From: Actinomycetes bacterium
Lineage (GTDB): Bacteria; Actinomycetota; Actinomycetes; Propionibacteriales; Propionibacteriaceae
Direction: 5' to 3'
NCBI GenBank assembly: GCA_023419175.1
Contig: JAEZYG010000057.1
Location: forward strand, 1,122-65,121
Length of the DNA stretch: 64,000 nt
In this document: one piece after another, positions 1-9,803 of the stretch
Position numbering within the stretch: position 1 is the first letter of the stretch
Layout of the letters: each line of letters starts with the position of its first letter
Notes under the pieces: generated by a model
What the model was told of the DNA's origin: nothing
The model's database searches: none
The model's input: only the letters and a program-made list of their open reading frames with translations
Position numbers and translations under genes: made by a program

Positions 1-443
1 GTCTCTAACCAGGTACGCAACTCATCGAGATCGGGATTGCGAATGACAGCAGGATTTTGAGCCCCCGGCTTATGGGGAGAGACATAGGGGCCTTCCATAT
101 GAATACCGACAAGTAATCCCTTATCGCAGGCTTTCACCAAAGCCTCAAGAGCTGGAAGAGGATCAGCCATCGACACTAACGAGGCGACCAGATGGGTCGT
201 CCCCCGTCTGCGATGAGTGGATACCGCTGTCGCGATCGCGTCCAGATCGTAATCATCAGGGAAGGAATATCCCCCTCCCCCATGGCAGTGGACATCGACG
301 ATAGCAGGAATCACTACCGGCCCTGCCGAAGGGGTATCGCCACCGGTTTTTTCCATCGCAACGACCACGCCGTGATCGTCCACCTCGATAGATGATGCGA
401 TCAGACGTCCATGAGCATCGAGCACTGGATAGGTCAATAACAT
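1..443 (-). CDS. nagA: N-acetylglucosamine-6-phosphate deacetylase (3' end runs off the window)
   Basis: Hand translation from the ATG at 443: MLLTYPVLD...PAIVDVHCHGGGG...GIHMEGPYVSPHKPGAQNP, the NagA HxH and HxEGP motifs; lies directly downstream of nanE. Confidence 0.9.
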   Translation of the reverse strand, partial: MLLTYPVLDAHGRLIASSIEVDDHGVVVAMEKTGGDTPSAGPVVIPAIVDVHCHGGGGYSFPDDYDLDAIATAVSTHRRRGTTHLVASLVSMADPLPALEALVKACDKGLLVGIHMEGPYVSPHKPGAQNPAVIRNPDLDELRTWLE

Positions 444-444
444 G

Positions 445-1131
445 TCATTTCCGTTTCTCGACAGCGTCAACGAACCAGCTCGTGATCGTCGTCGGATGGG
501 TGATCGCCGTGCCGACGACGACCGCATAGGCTCCCGCTTCCATTGCCTCTCGAGCCTGAGCTGGAGTATGAATTCGTCCTTCAACGAAGATCGGACGATC
601 AGCATCCGCCTTGATTTGGGCGAGTAATTCCAGATCGGGGCCATCAGTCTTGGGACGATCATCGGTATAGCCAGCCAATGTGGTACCGAGAATATCGGCA
701 CCAGCCTCTTGAGCCATCATCGCATCCTCATAGGACCCACAATCTGCCATGACGAGCACATCGGGGCGAATCTTTTTGAATTCCTTCACCGTCTGAGCGA
801 AAGTCAACCCATCTGGACGTTCACGACGCGTGCCGTCAATCGCAACGATCTCACAGCCCGTTCCAGCAACCGCCAAAGCATGATGCAAGGTCGGAGTGAT
901 AAAGACCCCATCGTGACCGTCTTTCCATAAGCCGATCACTGGAACATCGACCGCTTGGTGAATCAAGGAGAGATCGGCTAAGCCTTGCGCCCTGATCGCA
1001 CTCGCCCCACCTTGCACACAGGCTTGAGCGACCTGAGCCATCGTGCGCGGATCCCTCATCGGCTCGCCAGGATATGCCTGCGCCGAAGCGATGAGTTTGC
1101 CTTCGAGAAGGGTTAATAGTGGATTCATCAT
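445..1131 (-). CDS. nanE: N-acetylmannosamine-6-phosphate 2-epimerase
   Basis: LIASAQAYPGEP, GASAIRAQG, PVIGLWK, ITPT, GTTLAGYT, EGRIHTP, VVGTAITHP motifs. Confidence 0.95.
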   Translation of the reverse strand: MMNPLLTLLEGKLIASAQAYPGEPMRDPRTMAQVAQACVQGGASAIRAQGLADLSLIHQAVDVPVIGLWKDGHDGVFITPTLHHALAVAGTGCEIVAIDGTRRERPDGLTFAQTVKEFKKIRPDVLVMADCGSYEDAMMAQEAGADILGTTLAGYTDDRPKTDGPDLELLAQIKADADRPIFVEGRIHTPAQAREAMEAGAYAVVVGTAITHPTTITSWFVDAVEKRK

Positions 1132-2142
1132 CTATCCTTTCGCGCTATCAGCACATTGCGAGGCATGGGAAGCCGCCAGACGAAACGCCCCATAGGCAGC
1201 GCCGATAATCGGGGCGTTCGTCCCCAAATTACTTTGACATATATCAATATCTTTCAAAGGCTCGATGAGCTCTGCCCTGAAAGATTTCTCTAAAGGAGCC
1301 CACCATATCTCACCAGCCCCTGCAACTCCGCCAGAGATGATGATGACATCGGGATCGATAGTTGCAGCAAGCCCCGCCAAAGCGACCCCTAACGCCTCGG
1401 CAGAATCGCGATATACCCTACAAGCTATCTCATCGCCAGATTCAGCGAGCAAACGCAAGTCCTTTGTCGTCGCTGCCTTGGACGGGTCTCCTCCCAACTC
1501 GATATATCGACGATAAATTTGAGGACCTGCCGCAATCGCCTCCAGATGACCGTCTCGTCCACAGGTACAACGCTGACCTTCCGCACCGCGCACAGGCAGA
1601 TGACCGATCTCACCAGCGACACCGCGTCGTCCGGTAACGGTGGTGCCATTGATGACGATAGCTCCACCAACTCCCGTCCCTACGGCGGCAACCAAGACGA
1701 TATCGGCACCCCGTCCGGCGCCTCTCCATGCCTCCCCTGCCGCATAGGCATTGACATCGTTATCGACAAAGACCGGCAGTAATCCCAAACCAGCCGATTC
1801 GAGACGAGAGGCGATCCCTTCAGCGACTTTCGTTCCCTTCCATCCCTTGATGGATTCGGTAGCAGAGATCACCGTCCCTGTTGCGATATCGATCATGCCG
1901 GCAGCACCGATTCCAACTCCTTGAATGGATATATCGCATCCAGGACTATCCGCTTGAGCGTTGGATACCACGGTGGTCACCAAGGAGGCGATGGTATTGA
2001 GCATCGCCTCAGGTCCCTCTTGAGCAGGCGTAGGACGCGTGACGAGATCCGAGACGATCTGCCCATCGGCATCGACCAATGCCGCCGCGATCTTCGTCCC
2101 GCCCAGATCAACACCTACGACCAGATCGGAATCTCGGTTCAT
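1132..2142 (-). CDS. nanK: ROK-family sugar kinase (probable N-acetylmannosamine kinase)
   Basis: GVDLGGTK, DNDVNA, GTGVGG, GEIGH, CTCGRDGHLE motifs; no N-terminal HTH; located between nanA and nanE. Confidence 0.85.
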   Translation of the reverse strand: MNRDSDLVVGVDLGGTKIAAALVDADGQIVSDLVTRPTPAQEGPEAMLNTIASLVTTVVSNAQADSPGCDISIQGVGIGAAGMIDIATGTVISATESIKGWKGTKVAEGIASRLESAGLGLLPVFVDNDVNAYAAGEAWRGAGRGADIVLVAAVGTGVGGAIVINGTTVTGRRGVAGEIGHLPVRGAEGQRCTCGRDGHLEAIAAGPQIYRRYIELGGDPSKAATTKDLRLLAESGDEIACRVYRDSAEALGVALAGLAATIDPDVIIISGGVAGAGEIWWAPLEKSFRAELIEPLKDIDICQSNLGTNAPIIGAAYGAFRLAASHASQCADSAKG

Positions 2143-2165
2143 CTCATCCTCGCTTTCTGCTTTCC

Positions 2166-3086
2166 TCAGCCCACGATATGATCGCGGACGATCTGTTCAA
2201 TCTGTGCTACGACCTCACCGTCCAATGCCTTGACAGGGAAGCACATCTGATTGGTTTCGATGATACCCAGAGCGCGCATCGCCGTCTTGAAAGCTCCAAC
2301 GCCCGCAGCATCTCCAGAACGTCCCACCGAAGTGAAAACAATCTCGAAACCACGGCAGATCTCATCTTGAAGTTGACGAGCTTTCTCCCAATCTTTCACC
2401 TGAGCTGCTCGCCACATGTCGACATAGCGAACCGGATCGATATTGGCATAGCCGGGAACCACACCATCAGCTCCCAAAAGGAGCATTCCATCGACGACAC
2501 ATTCATGTCCTGTCAGCAAAGACAGTGGATGACCAGCATCCTCATTGGCCATCACCAGACGGCGGAATCCGACATCATCTCCCGAAGAATCCTTCACACC
2601 TGCCAAAGTGCCCTCAACACCTAACTGGATGAGCATATCTCGACTGAGTTTGACTCGATTGAGACGGACGGGCACATCATAAGCGAACAGAGGGAGAGGG
2701 ATCGCCTGAGCGATAGCGCGGAAATGATCGCTGATCTCGTTAACATCATTGATCGCATAGAACGGACAAGCCGAGACGATAGCATCGGCTCCGAGAGCTT
2801 CAGCCCGCTTGGCATGGTCGATGACGCGATGAGCTGTCATATCGATTGCTCCAACGATAATCGGCACAGCCCCATTGGCCCGCTTAACGACGCGATCTAC
2901 GATCTGGTCACGCTGACGATCGGTTAAATAGGCAGTCTCGGCGGTAGAGCCGAGAAGGAATAGCCCATTCACCCCAGCATTCAACAGATGATCGACGAGA
3001 CGATCAAGGCTGTCATCATCAACCTGCCCTGCAGCGTTTAAGGGAGTAACGACCGGGGGAATCACCCCGGTAAATCGAGTATCCAT
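2166..3086 (-). CDS. nanA: DHDPS-family aldolase, probable N-acetylneuraminate lyase
   Basis: GVIPPVVTP, LGSTAE, AYDVP, GVKDSSGD (Schiff-base Lys); nan cluster context. Confidence 0.85.
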   Translation of the reverse strand: MDTRFTGVIPPVVTPLNAAGQVDDDSLDRLVDHLLNAGVNGLFLLGSTAETAYLTDRQRDQIVDRVVKRANGAVPIIVGAIDMTAHRVIDHAKRAEALGADAIVSACPFYAINDVNEISDHFRAIAQAIPLPLFAYDVPVRLNRVKLSRDMLIQLGVEGTLAGVKDSSGDDVGFRRLVMANEDAGHPLSLLTGHECVVDGMLLLGADGVVPGYANIDPVRYVDMWRAAQVKDWEKARQLQDEICRGFEIVFTSVGRSGDAAGVGAFKTAMRALGIIETNQMCFPVKALDGEVVAQIEQIVRDHIVG

Positions 3087-3106
3087 GAATTTCCTCTATT
3101 CTGTGC

Positions 3107-3913
3107 TCACAGCAAAGACGGCACGGAGCTAAGCAACATCTTGGTGTAATCCTGCTGCGGATTATTGAAAATTTCTTTCGTGGTATTGACTTCAACCAGT
3201 TGACCGCTGTTCATGACCGCGATGCGATCGGAGATATAGCGCACCGTATTGATGTCGTGGGAGATAAATACCAGACCTAAGCCGAGCGATACCTTCAGAT
3301 CTTGTAAAAGATTCAAAACCTGCGCTCGCACGCTGACGTCCAAAGCGCTGGTCGGCTCATCGGCGACGATGATGTCGGGATCGAGAGCCAATGCACGGGC
3401 GATAGCGACGCGTTGACGCTGGCCACCTGAGATCTGACGGGGCAAAACGTCGAGAGCGCTTTGAGGTAAGCCGACGACCGAGAGTAGCTCGCGTACACGG
3501 GCTTCACGTTCGCGCTCAGAACCCAAACCGTGAACCTTCAAAGGATCCATCAAGGTATCGCGGATAATCATGCGCGGATTCAAAGCGGTAGCGGGATCTT
3601 GGAAGACCACTGAGACCGATCGCCCCAATTCCTTACGATCCTTTGCAGATGAACCCAGCGGACGTCCCTTGAAAATCACCTCACCAGAAGTGACTGTTTG
3701 GAGACCGACCATCACACGAGCGGTGGTGGACTTACCACAACCGGATTCACCGACGATGCCCAAGGTCTCCCCACGCCTCACAGTCAATGACACATCGTTG
3801 ACGGCATGGACGGTATCGGGCTTAAAAAGAGAACCCGTGCGGGAGCGGTGAATGACATGAACGCCTTTCAGCTCGATGACCGGATCGGTATCGGGATTCC
3901 ATGAGGTGCTCAT
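3107..3913 (-). CDS. Dpp/Opp-type ABC transporter ATP-binding subunit (sialic acid uptake)
   Basis: GESGCGKST, ISGGQRQR, IIVADEPTSALD, ISH motifs. Confidence 0.92.
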   Translation of the reverse strand: MSTSWNPDTDPVIELKGVHVIHRSRTGSLFKPDTVHAVNDVSLTVRRGETLGIVGESGCGKSTTARVMVGLQTVTSGEVIFKGRPLGSSAKDRKELGRSVSVVFQDPATALNPRMIIRDTLMDPLKVHGLGSEREREARVRELLSVVGLPQSALDVLPRQISGGQRQRVAIARALALDPDIIVADEPTSALDVSVRAQVLNLLQDLKVSLGLGLVFISHDINTVRYISDRIAVMNSGQLVEVNTTKEIFNNPQQDYTKMLLSSVPSLL

Positions 3914-6015
3914 CGACGACCCTCCTTAGCCAAGAGCGCTTCCAATTCCTCAGTGATGGCGTAACGGTGCCCTGGTTCTCCTGCAACATCTTTGAGATGT
4001 GGACGACAATCCAAACCGACCTCGGGATAGCTTGACCGCGGAGCAAAACGGTCTCCGCGAACGAATTCCCTGGGAGAAGGAACCGTGCCGGGCACCTGAT
4101 GTAAACGGTTTGACCCCGACTCGATTGAGAGGACAGCACCAAGCAGACCTCGCGTGTACTCGTGCATCGGATTGGTCAACAACTGGGTAGTAGTGCCCTG
4201 TTCAACAACCTGTCCCGCGTACATGACGGTGATGGAATGAGCCAATTTCGCCACCAAAGCGAGATCGTGGCTGACGAATACCATTGCGAAACCGAGTTGT
4301 TCACGCAATTCATTGAGCAATTCAACGACCTGTTCTTGAACAGTCACATCGAGAGCTGTCGTAGGCTCATCTGCAATGACCAGGGACGGATCGCGTGTCA
4401 AAGCCATTGCGATCAATACTCGCTGACGCTGACCACCTGATAATTCATGGGGATAGGACTTTAAGGTGCGCACCGGATCAAGACCGACCAAATGCAAAAG
4501 ATCCTCTGCCGAACGGGTTCCCCCACGCGTGGTCAGCTGTTTCATCTGGGCGCTGATCAGCATGGACGGGTTCAAGCTGGACAAGGCGTCTTGATAGATC
4601 ATCGACAGTTCATGGCCGCGAAGATCATTGTGCTCTGAAGGGGTCAACTGCAACAGATCTTTGCCCTTGAAGAGGATCTGTCCACCGATACGGGCAGTGG
4701 TCGGCAACAATCCCATGATCGCCATTGAGGTGATCGACTTACCGCAGCCGGATTCACCGACAAGACCCATCGTCTCTCCAGGACGGACGGAGAAAGAGAC
4801 CGAATCGACGATATCGACCTCACCGTGTTGGGCGGGGAATGCGATCGACAGGTCTTTAACTTCGAGAATCGGAGCCGCATTATCGCGATAGATCAGACGG
4901 TCGTTACGAGCCAATTCAGCTTCACGCAAGACTTGTAGACGTTCAGCGAGCGGAATATCAGAACCTGCCGGACGGACGATGGTGCTCAACGAGCTCATCC
5001 CTTCAATGGAGCTTGCCTGAACCTTCTCACCTCCGCGTTCAGCCATAGCCTTCTCGTCGGCTTCCACGTCAGCTTTCACCTTGATGCGCGGTGAAGCCAT
5101 CGCATCGGTCAAACCTTCAGAGAGGATATTGAGGCATAGGGTTGTGATGAGGATCATCAAACCGGGGAAGAAGGTCGTCCACCAATGTCCTGTCAGCAAA
5201 TATTCCTTACCTTCGGAAAGCATATTGCCCCATGTAGGAGCGTTCACCGAGGAAATACCCGCACCGATAAATGAAAGGGATGCCTCAAAGACGATGGCAT
5301 CGGCCACCAAGACCGTGGCGAAAACCATGATGGGAGCGATACAGTTACGCGCCACATGAACTGCCAAAATCCACCAATTCGATGAGCCCATGACCTTGGA
5401 GGCAGCCACATAATCTTCACCGAATTGAGTCAAGACATTGGCTCGCACCACACGGGTGAGCTGGGGGACATAAAGGATAGCAATCGCAACGATGATGACA
5501 GGAATCATCGGCAAGATATTGGACAATGCCAAGACCAAAACAGCCGCCAAAGCGATACCGGGGAAGCTCATCAGCACATCGAGAGTGCGCATGAGCAATT
5601 CCGAAATCCACTTGCGAGCCGTCGCCGCAATCGAACCGAGGACAGCCGCCACGATCAAAGCAAGACCTGTCGAGCAGATGCCGACGATTAGCGAAATACG
5701 CGCACCGTAGAGAACTCGGGAGAAGACGTCTCGTCCGGCTCCATCCGTACCGAATAGATGGGCTCCCTGCGGGGGGACAGAGTTATCGACAATACGCTGA
5801 TCCCCTACCCCTTCGATATGGATGACGGTCTCCTGGGAGGTCAGATTGGTAGCCCCAGGATTATAGGGAGCCAAGAGGGGAGCGAGAATGGCAGCTATTG
5901 CGATCAAAGCCAAGACGATGACAGCGATCTTGGAGCCCAGAGGCATAGCTTTCCACCCTTGGAAGCGCATTCCAGGCTGCGAAACCTTATTGAGAGTTTT
6001 ACGGTGCAGCATCAC
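3910..6015 (-). CDS. Fused ABC permease (DppC-like) + ATPase (DppD-like)
   Basis: N-terminal TM region with HLFGTDGAGRDVFSR and an EAA-like loop; C-terminal GESGCGKS, LSGGQRQR, DEPTTALD. Confidence 0.92.
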   Translation of the reverse strand: MMLHRKTLNKVSQPGMRFQGWKAMPLGSKIAVIVLALIAIAAILAPLLAPYNPGATNLTSQETVIHIEGVGDQRIVDNSVPPQGAHLFGTDGAGRDVFSRVLYGARISLIVGICSTGLALIVAAVLGSIAATARKWISELLMRTLDVLMSFPGIALAAVLVLALSNILPMIPVIIVAIAILYVPQLTRVVRANVLTQFGEDYVAASKVMGSSNWWILAVHVARNCIAPIMVFATVLVADAIVFEASLSFIGAGISSVNAPTWGNMLSEGKEYLLTGHWWTTFFPGLMILITTLCLNILSEGLTDAMASPRIKVKADVEADEKAMAERGGEKVQASSIEGMSSLSTIVRPAGSDIPLAERLQVLREAELARNDRLIYRDNAAPILEVKDLSIAFPAQHGEVDIVDSVSFSVRPGETMGLVGESGCGKSITSMAIMGLLPTTARIGGQILFKGKDLLQLTPSEHNDLRGHELSMIYQDALSSLNPSMLISAQMKQLTTRGGTRSAEDLLHLVGLDPVRTLKSYPHELSGGQRQRVLIAMALTRDPSLVIADEPTTALDVTVQEQVVELLNELREQLGFAMVFVSHDLALVAKLAHSITVMYAGQVVEQGTTTQLLTNPMHEYTRGLLGAVLSIESGSNRLHQVPGTVPSPREFVRGDRFAPRSSYPEVGLDCRPHLKDVAGEPGHRYAITEELEALLAKEGRR

Positions 6016-6977
6016 ACGCTCCTGATTCTCGGGTTGACCAGCACATATAGCATGTCCACGATGATGTTGATGATGATGAACGCACAGGCGATAGTGATCG
6101 ATACACCCATGACGATATTGACGTCATTACGGGTAATACCTTGGAAGATCAACTGTCCCATACCTTGAATATTGAAAATCATCTCGATGACGACCGCACC
6201 ACCCATGGCGTAGCCAACACGCAAACCCAAGACGGTGATGGGGGTAATCAAGGCATTGCGTAAGACATTGCGTCCAACGACAACAGATTTCGGAATACCT
6301 GCGCCGATCGCGGTACGCACATAGTCACGATCAAGTTCTTCAACCATCGCGGTACGCACGACTCGGGTAAGCGATCCTAAGGTGGGTACGCCGACAGCGA
6401 TAGCAGGAAGGAAGATCACATTGATATAGCCTGCTGGGTCATCGGTGAAATGAACCCAATTGGTCACCACAGCGGGGAAAGTGCCGGTACCGCCAGGGAC
6501 ATCGGAGAACATCTGGATGAGCAAAAGGGCCAACCAGAAGGAAGGGGTAGCCAGGCAGAGAATGGAAATCACTCGAATGAGCTGGTCAGGCCAACGATCG
6601 CGGAAGAGAGCAGCGGTCACGCCAAGGATCGTGGCTAATAAGACCGCGAAAAACAGTCCGATGAAAGTCAACTGTAAGGTGATGGGGAAGGCGTTTTTCA
6701 CCAATAAGGAGATATTTTCTCCGGTGAAGCTCTGTCCGAGATCCCCTTGGACGAGATGACCCAGATAGCTAAAGAAACGACTGATGAGCGGGTCGTTGAG
6801 ATGGTGGGCTTCGCGATAGGCCTCAAGGGCTCCAGGACTGGCTGCCTCTCCCAATGCCAGACGAGCGGGGTCTACATTGGAAAAGGACATGACGATAAAG
6901 ACGAGCACAGTCACACCCAAGACCATCACGGGTAGAGCGATAAGGCGTCTACCGATCAGGCGGATAAGGTTCGTCAC
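6012..6977 (-). CDS. ABC transporter permease (DppB-like)
   Basis: GDLGQSF, DYVRTAIGAG, RNALITPIT, multiple TM segments; GTG start after AAGGAG. Confidence 0.92.
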   Translation of the reverse strand: MTNLIRLIGRRLIALPVMVLGVTVLVFIVMSFSNVDPARLALGEAASPGALEAYREAHHLNDPLISRFFSYLGHLVQGDLGQSFTGENISLLVKNAFPITLQLTFIGLFFAVLLATILGVTAALFRDRWPDQLIRVISILCLATPSFWLALLLIQMFSDVPGGTGTFPAVVTNWVHFTDDPAGYINVIFLPAIAVGVPTLGSLTRVVRTAMVEELDRDYVRTAIGAGIPKSVVVGRNVLRNALITPITVLGLRVGYAMGGAVVIEMIFNIQGMGQLIFQGITRNDVNIVMGVSITIACAFIIINIIVDMLYVLVNPRIRSV

Positions 6978-7054
6978 GTAAGGGCTCCTTTGCTGACGTG
7001 CGATGACCTACAGAGATAGGTTGAGCCGCGAGCGGCTAAGAACAGTCTATATTT

Positions 7055-7074
7055 ATCAGATGTCTGACGCCTAC
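7055..7074 (-). promoter_or_regulatory. Candidate NanR-like (GntR family) operator at an internal promoter
   Basis: TCAGA-TG-TCTGA palindrome at 7056-7067, an 11/12 match to TCATATGTCTGA in the site upstream of the binding-protein gene; TAGACT -10-like hexamer on the - strand at 7044-7049. Confidence 0.55.
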
Positions 7075-7107
7075 CTCGCGGTGTCACTTTTACAGATTTC
7101 AGACTAC

Positions 7108-7137
7108 AAAAAGGGAGTGGGGATTCCCCACTCCCTT
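7108..7137 (-). terminator. Intrinsic terminator after the solute-binding protein gene
   Basis: Perfect 12-bp stem AAGGGAGTGGGG-att-CCCCACTCCCTT ending in a U-tract on the - strand. Confidence 0.8.
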
Positions 7138-7157
7138 CCGGTCTAGCAAAGAGACGA

Positions 7158-8780
7158 TCACTCGCTCAATGTGGTACCCACACCGACGAAGGACAGACCC
7201 GTGATGGCGATCGGCTTGAAATCGACCAAGGTCTGGGCGTTATAAGCGGTCGGAGTCTTGCGATGGAAGAGCGGGTAGAGCGGAACAACCTCGGAGATAT
7301 AGTCATAGAGATCGTGCCATACCTTGAGCTGTTCGTCGCCTTCAACCTGAACAGCGCGATCGAGCAACTCTTGAACCTTGGTGTATTCAGCGCTTCCCTT
7401 CCAGTGCATACGCTGATCGGTCCAGGTATCACCGGCATACCACCAACGCATGAGCAGGTCGGCATCCTGACCAAAGACGGAAGGATCACCAGGAGCCAGA
7501 ACAACGTCATAAGCTTCGGGATTTCCATCAATAGTCGAGTAGACGTCGGAAGACTTCTTCTCTTCAAAGACGACCTCAAGACCTGCAGCTTCAAGATTCT
7601 GCTTGATCGTCGGACGAACCTGTGAGAACCATCCGTGATCGCTACAGAGCAGACGAACCTTCTTCAAACCAGTCTCAGCCAACAAGGACTTCGCCTTCTC
7701 CACGTCATGGGTGTAGACGGTAGAGGCTTCCTTATAGGTGGGATGTTCCTTCTGGACGAAACAGGTAGCCGGGGTAGCCAGATCAGCCATGCCCTTAGTG
7801 CAGATCTCGTCATAGTTGACGGCATAGAGGATAGCCTGACGGTTCTTCACATCAGACATCGGGTTGGACGCATCGCAGTTGAACATCATGAAGACCAAAC
7901 CGAAGCCTTGAAGAGCGGCAACCTTGTTGGGATCTTTCATGGCGGTCAGATCGGTAGCGGAGACAGCATCGATCGCCTGGACAGTTCCCGAGGTCAAAGC
8001 GTTGGTACGCGTCGTATTCTCGGGCATGATATTCCAGATCATCTTCGCAGCGAGAGCAGGCTTGGGACCGTTGTACTTCTCGTTGCGCTCGAAGAGTACC
8101 GTCTGGGAAGCAGCACCGTTATCGGTCATGATATAGGCGCCAGTACCGACCGGATTGCGATCGAATTCCTTACGCTTGTCTTCAGTATCAACCAAAGCCT
8201 TGGGAACGATCTTGACCACCGAAAGACGCTCAGCGACCAAGGAGAAGGCATATTTGAGCTTGATGACGACAGTGGATTCATCCTTGGCGCTTACCGAGTC
8301 GAGGAAGGCCAAGAAGGTGGCATAGAGAGACTTATTTGCCGGATCGAGAACGCGCTCGAAGGAATAGACGACGTCGTCTACGGTCACGGCTTCGCCGGTG
8401 GAGAATACCGCGCCATCACGCAAGGTCACTTCATAGGTCGTATCGTCAACCTTGACCGGCAATTCCTTACCCAATGCGGCATAGGCCTGGGTGGAAACAG
8501 GATCGAGTTCAGTCAGACCTTCCAAGGTATGCCAGTTAGCAGCCAGGGTCAGAGCCGACGTGGTGGTCATCGGGTCATATCCATTGGTACCCAGCTCATA
8601 GCTGATACCAGCTTTGATAACACCGTCTTTACTAGCGGCAGCATTGGAAGAGCCTTGAGCTTCCCCTTCTTTCTTAGAGCCACAGGCGCTCAGGGTAGCG
8701 GCGAAGCCAGCAGCCAGACCAAGACTTCCCGTCAGCTTGAAAAAATCACGACGGCTAGTTCCACGGGTTGCATTCAACAT
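7158..8780 (-). CDS. Family-5 ABC solute-binding lipoprotein (probable sialic acid binding), Tat signal
   Basis: SRRDFFK twin-arginine motif, LSAC lipobox, LRDGAVFSTG..DDVVYSFER and PVGTGAY family-5 motifs. Confidence 0.9.
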   Translation of the reverse strand: MLNATRGTSRRDFFKLTGSLGLAAGFAATLSACGSKKEGEAQGSSNAAASKDGVIKAGISYELGTNGYDPMTTTSALTLAANWHTLEGLTELDPVSTQAYAALGKELPVKVDDTTYEVTLRDGAVFSTGEAVTVDDVVYSFERVLDPANKSLYATFLAFLDSVSAKDESTVVIKLKYAFSLVAERLSVVKIVPKALVDTEDKRKEFDRNPVGTGAYIMTDNGAASQTVLFERNEKYNGPKPALAAKMIWNIMPENTTRTNALTSGTVQAIDAVSATDLTAMKDPNKVAALQGFGLVFMMFNCDASNPMSDVKNRQAILYAVNYDEICTKGMADLATPATCFVQKEHPTYKEASTVYTHDVEKAKSLLAETGLKKVRLLCSDHGWFSQVRPTIKQNLEAAGLEVVFEEKKSSDVYSTIDGNPEAYDVVLAPGDPSVFGQDADLLMRWWYAGDTWTDQRMHWKGSAEYTKVQELLDRAVQVEGDEQLKVWHDLYDYISEVVPLYPLFHRKTPTAYNAQTLVDFKPIAITGLSFVGVGTTLSE

Positions 8781-8799
8781 TGAACTCCCTCATTCGAAG

Positions 8800-8819
8800 T
8801 CGGACATCATATGTCTGAT
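8800..8819 (-). promoter_or_regulatory. Candidate NanR-like operator upstream of the nan cluster
   Basis: Inverted repeat TCGGACAT-cat-ATGTCTGA (1 mismatch) about 20 bp upstream of the start; resembles the GACATCAGANGTC-type actinobacterial NanR operators as I recall them. Confidence 0.65.
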
Positions 8820-8975
8820 ATTGCACTTACCAATTTACCATCGCCACACCCAAGAACCTAGAATTCCATAAGAGAAATTCGATAACGATATGGACTCAAT
8901 TTTCTCGTCTTGATCCGCTACCTCTCATGCTTCTACACGTGCCGAGGAGACAGCATCGACATATCTCGCTATCTG

Positions 8976-9803
8976 TCAATATAAGATCGTTGACATCGTG
9001 GCGATCTGGCGCATACCGACAGACAGGTACAGATGATAGGCCACACGGTTATAGGAATTGACATATAGGGAGATCTTCGGAAAACGTCTGCGCGCTAAGA
9101 GGAGTACCTGAGCAAAAGCAGAAGGAGCAAGACGACGCCCCCTCAGATGGGGAGCCATCCATACCCCTTCGATCTGAGCCCTATCGCGATACCAACACCC
9201 GATCTCTGATTTGAACCAAAATTGTCCGTCCGCATAGGCGCCAAAAGACATCCCAGAGGCGATAAGAGTCGAGATATAGCGCCGATAGCTCGCAGCGCAA
9301 TCCAACGGACCGACTTCTTCCTCATACATGGCGACAGCCGCACGATAATAAGGATATTCCTCATCGCTATTGACCAGACGGACTCTAAGATCTGGAGGCA
9401 AGATGGGATCGTGGTCGATGAAAAACAGCGGCTGATTACCTCGTATCTGACGGGGATCACCCCAACTTCTCCCCCATCGATCAATCAAAGCTCGATAGAT
9501 ACCCTGTACGCTTGCCGACGGCCCCATAATCGATGCCGTTTGATCTCGAGGACCGATATATTCGGCAAAGGGAGCGTGGGATTCTTCATCGCCGATAACC
9601 GACAAATTCACCCCATCATGGCATAGAGCGACTAAGGAACCGTCCACCTCATATCCCCAGATCGGACAGCCGAGATCTTCTCGCTCAATTCCTTGATGGG
9701 CGATACGCGAGGCGAGGAATAACGACTCATATGGATGGCGTTCACACAGCTCTAAGGCATCACTGCGATCGCTTTCCGTCAGCAGACGCACCCTGCCGCT
9801 CAT
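8976..9803 (-). CDS. GNAT-family acetyltransferase (DUF4081-associated)
   Basis: [28 protein letters not shown] motifs; 4-nt overlap with the ispG stop; typical ispG neighbour. Confidence 0.85.
   Translation of the reverse strand: MSGRVRLLTESDRSDALELCERHPYESLFLASRIAHQGIEREDLGCPIWGYEVDGSLVALCHDGVNLSVIGDEESHAPFAEYIGPRDQTASIMGPSASVQGIYRALIDRWGRSWGDPRQIRGNQPLFFIDHDPILPPDLRVRLVNSDEEYPYYRAAVAMYEEEVGPLDCAASYRRYISTLIASGMSFGAYADGQFWFKSEIGCWYRDRAQIEGVWMAPHLRGRRLAPSAFAQVLLLARRRFPKISLYVNSYNRVAYHLYLSVGMRQIATMSTILY

Noticed and set aside
7635..8783. 382-aa + strand ORF antisense to the solute-binding protein gene
   Set aside because: Shadow ORF produced by codon bias of the highly expressed opposite gene; no recognisable motifs or RBS
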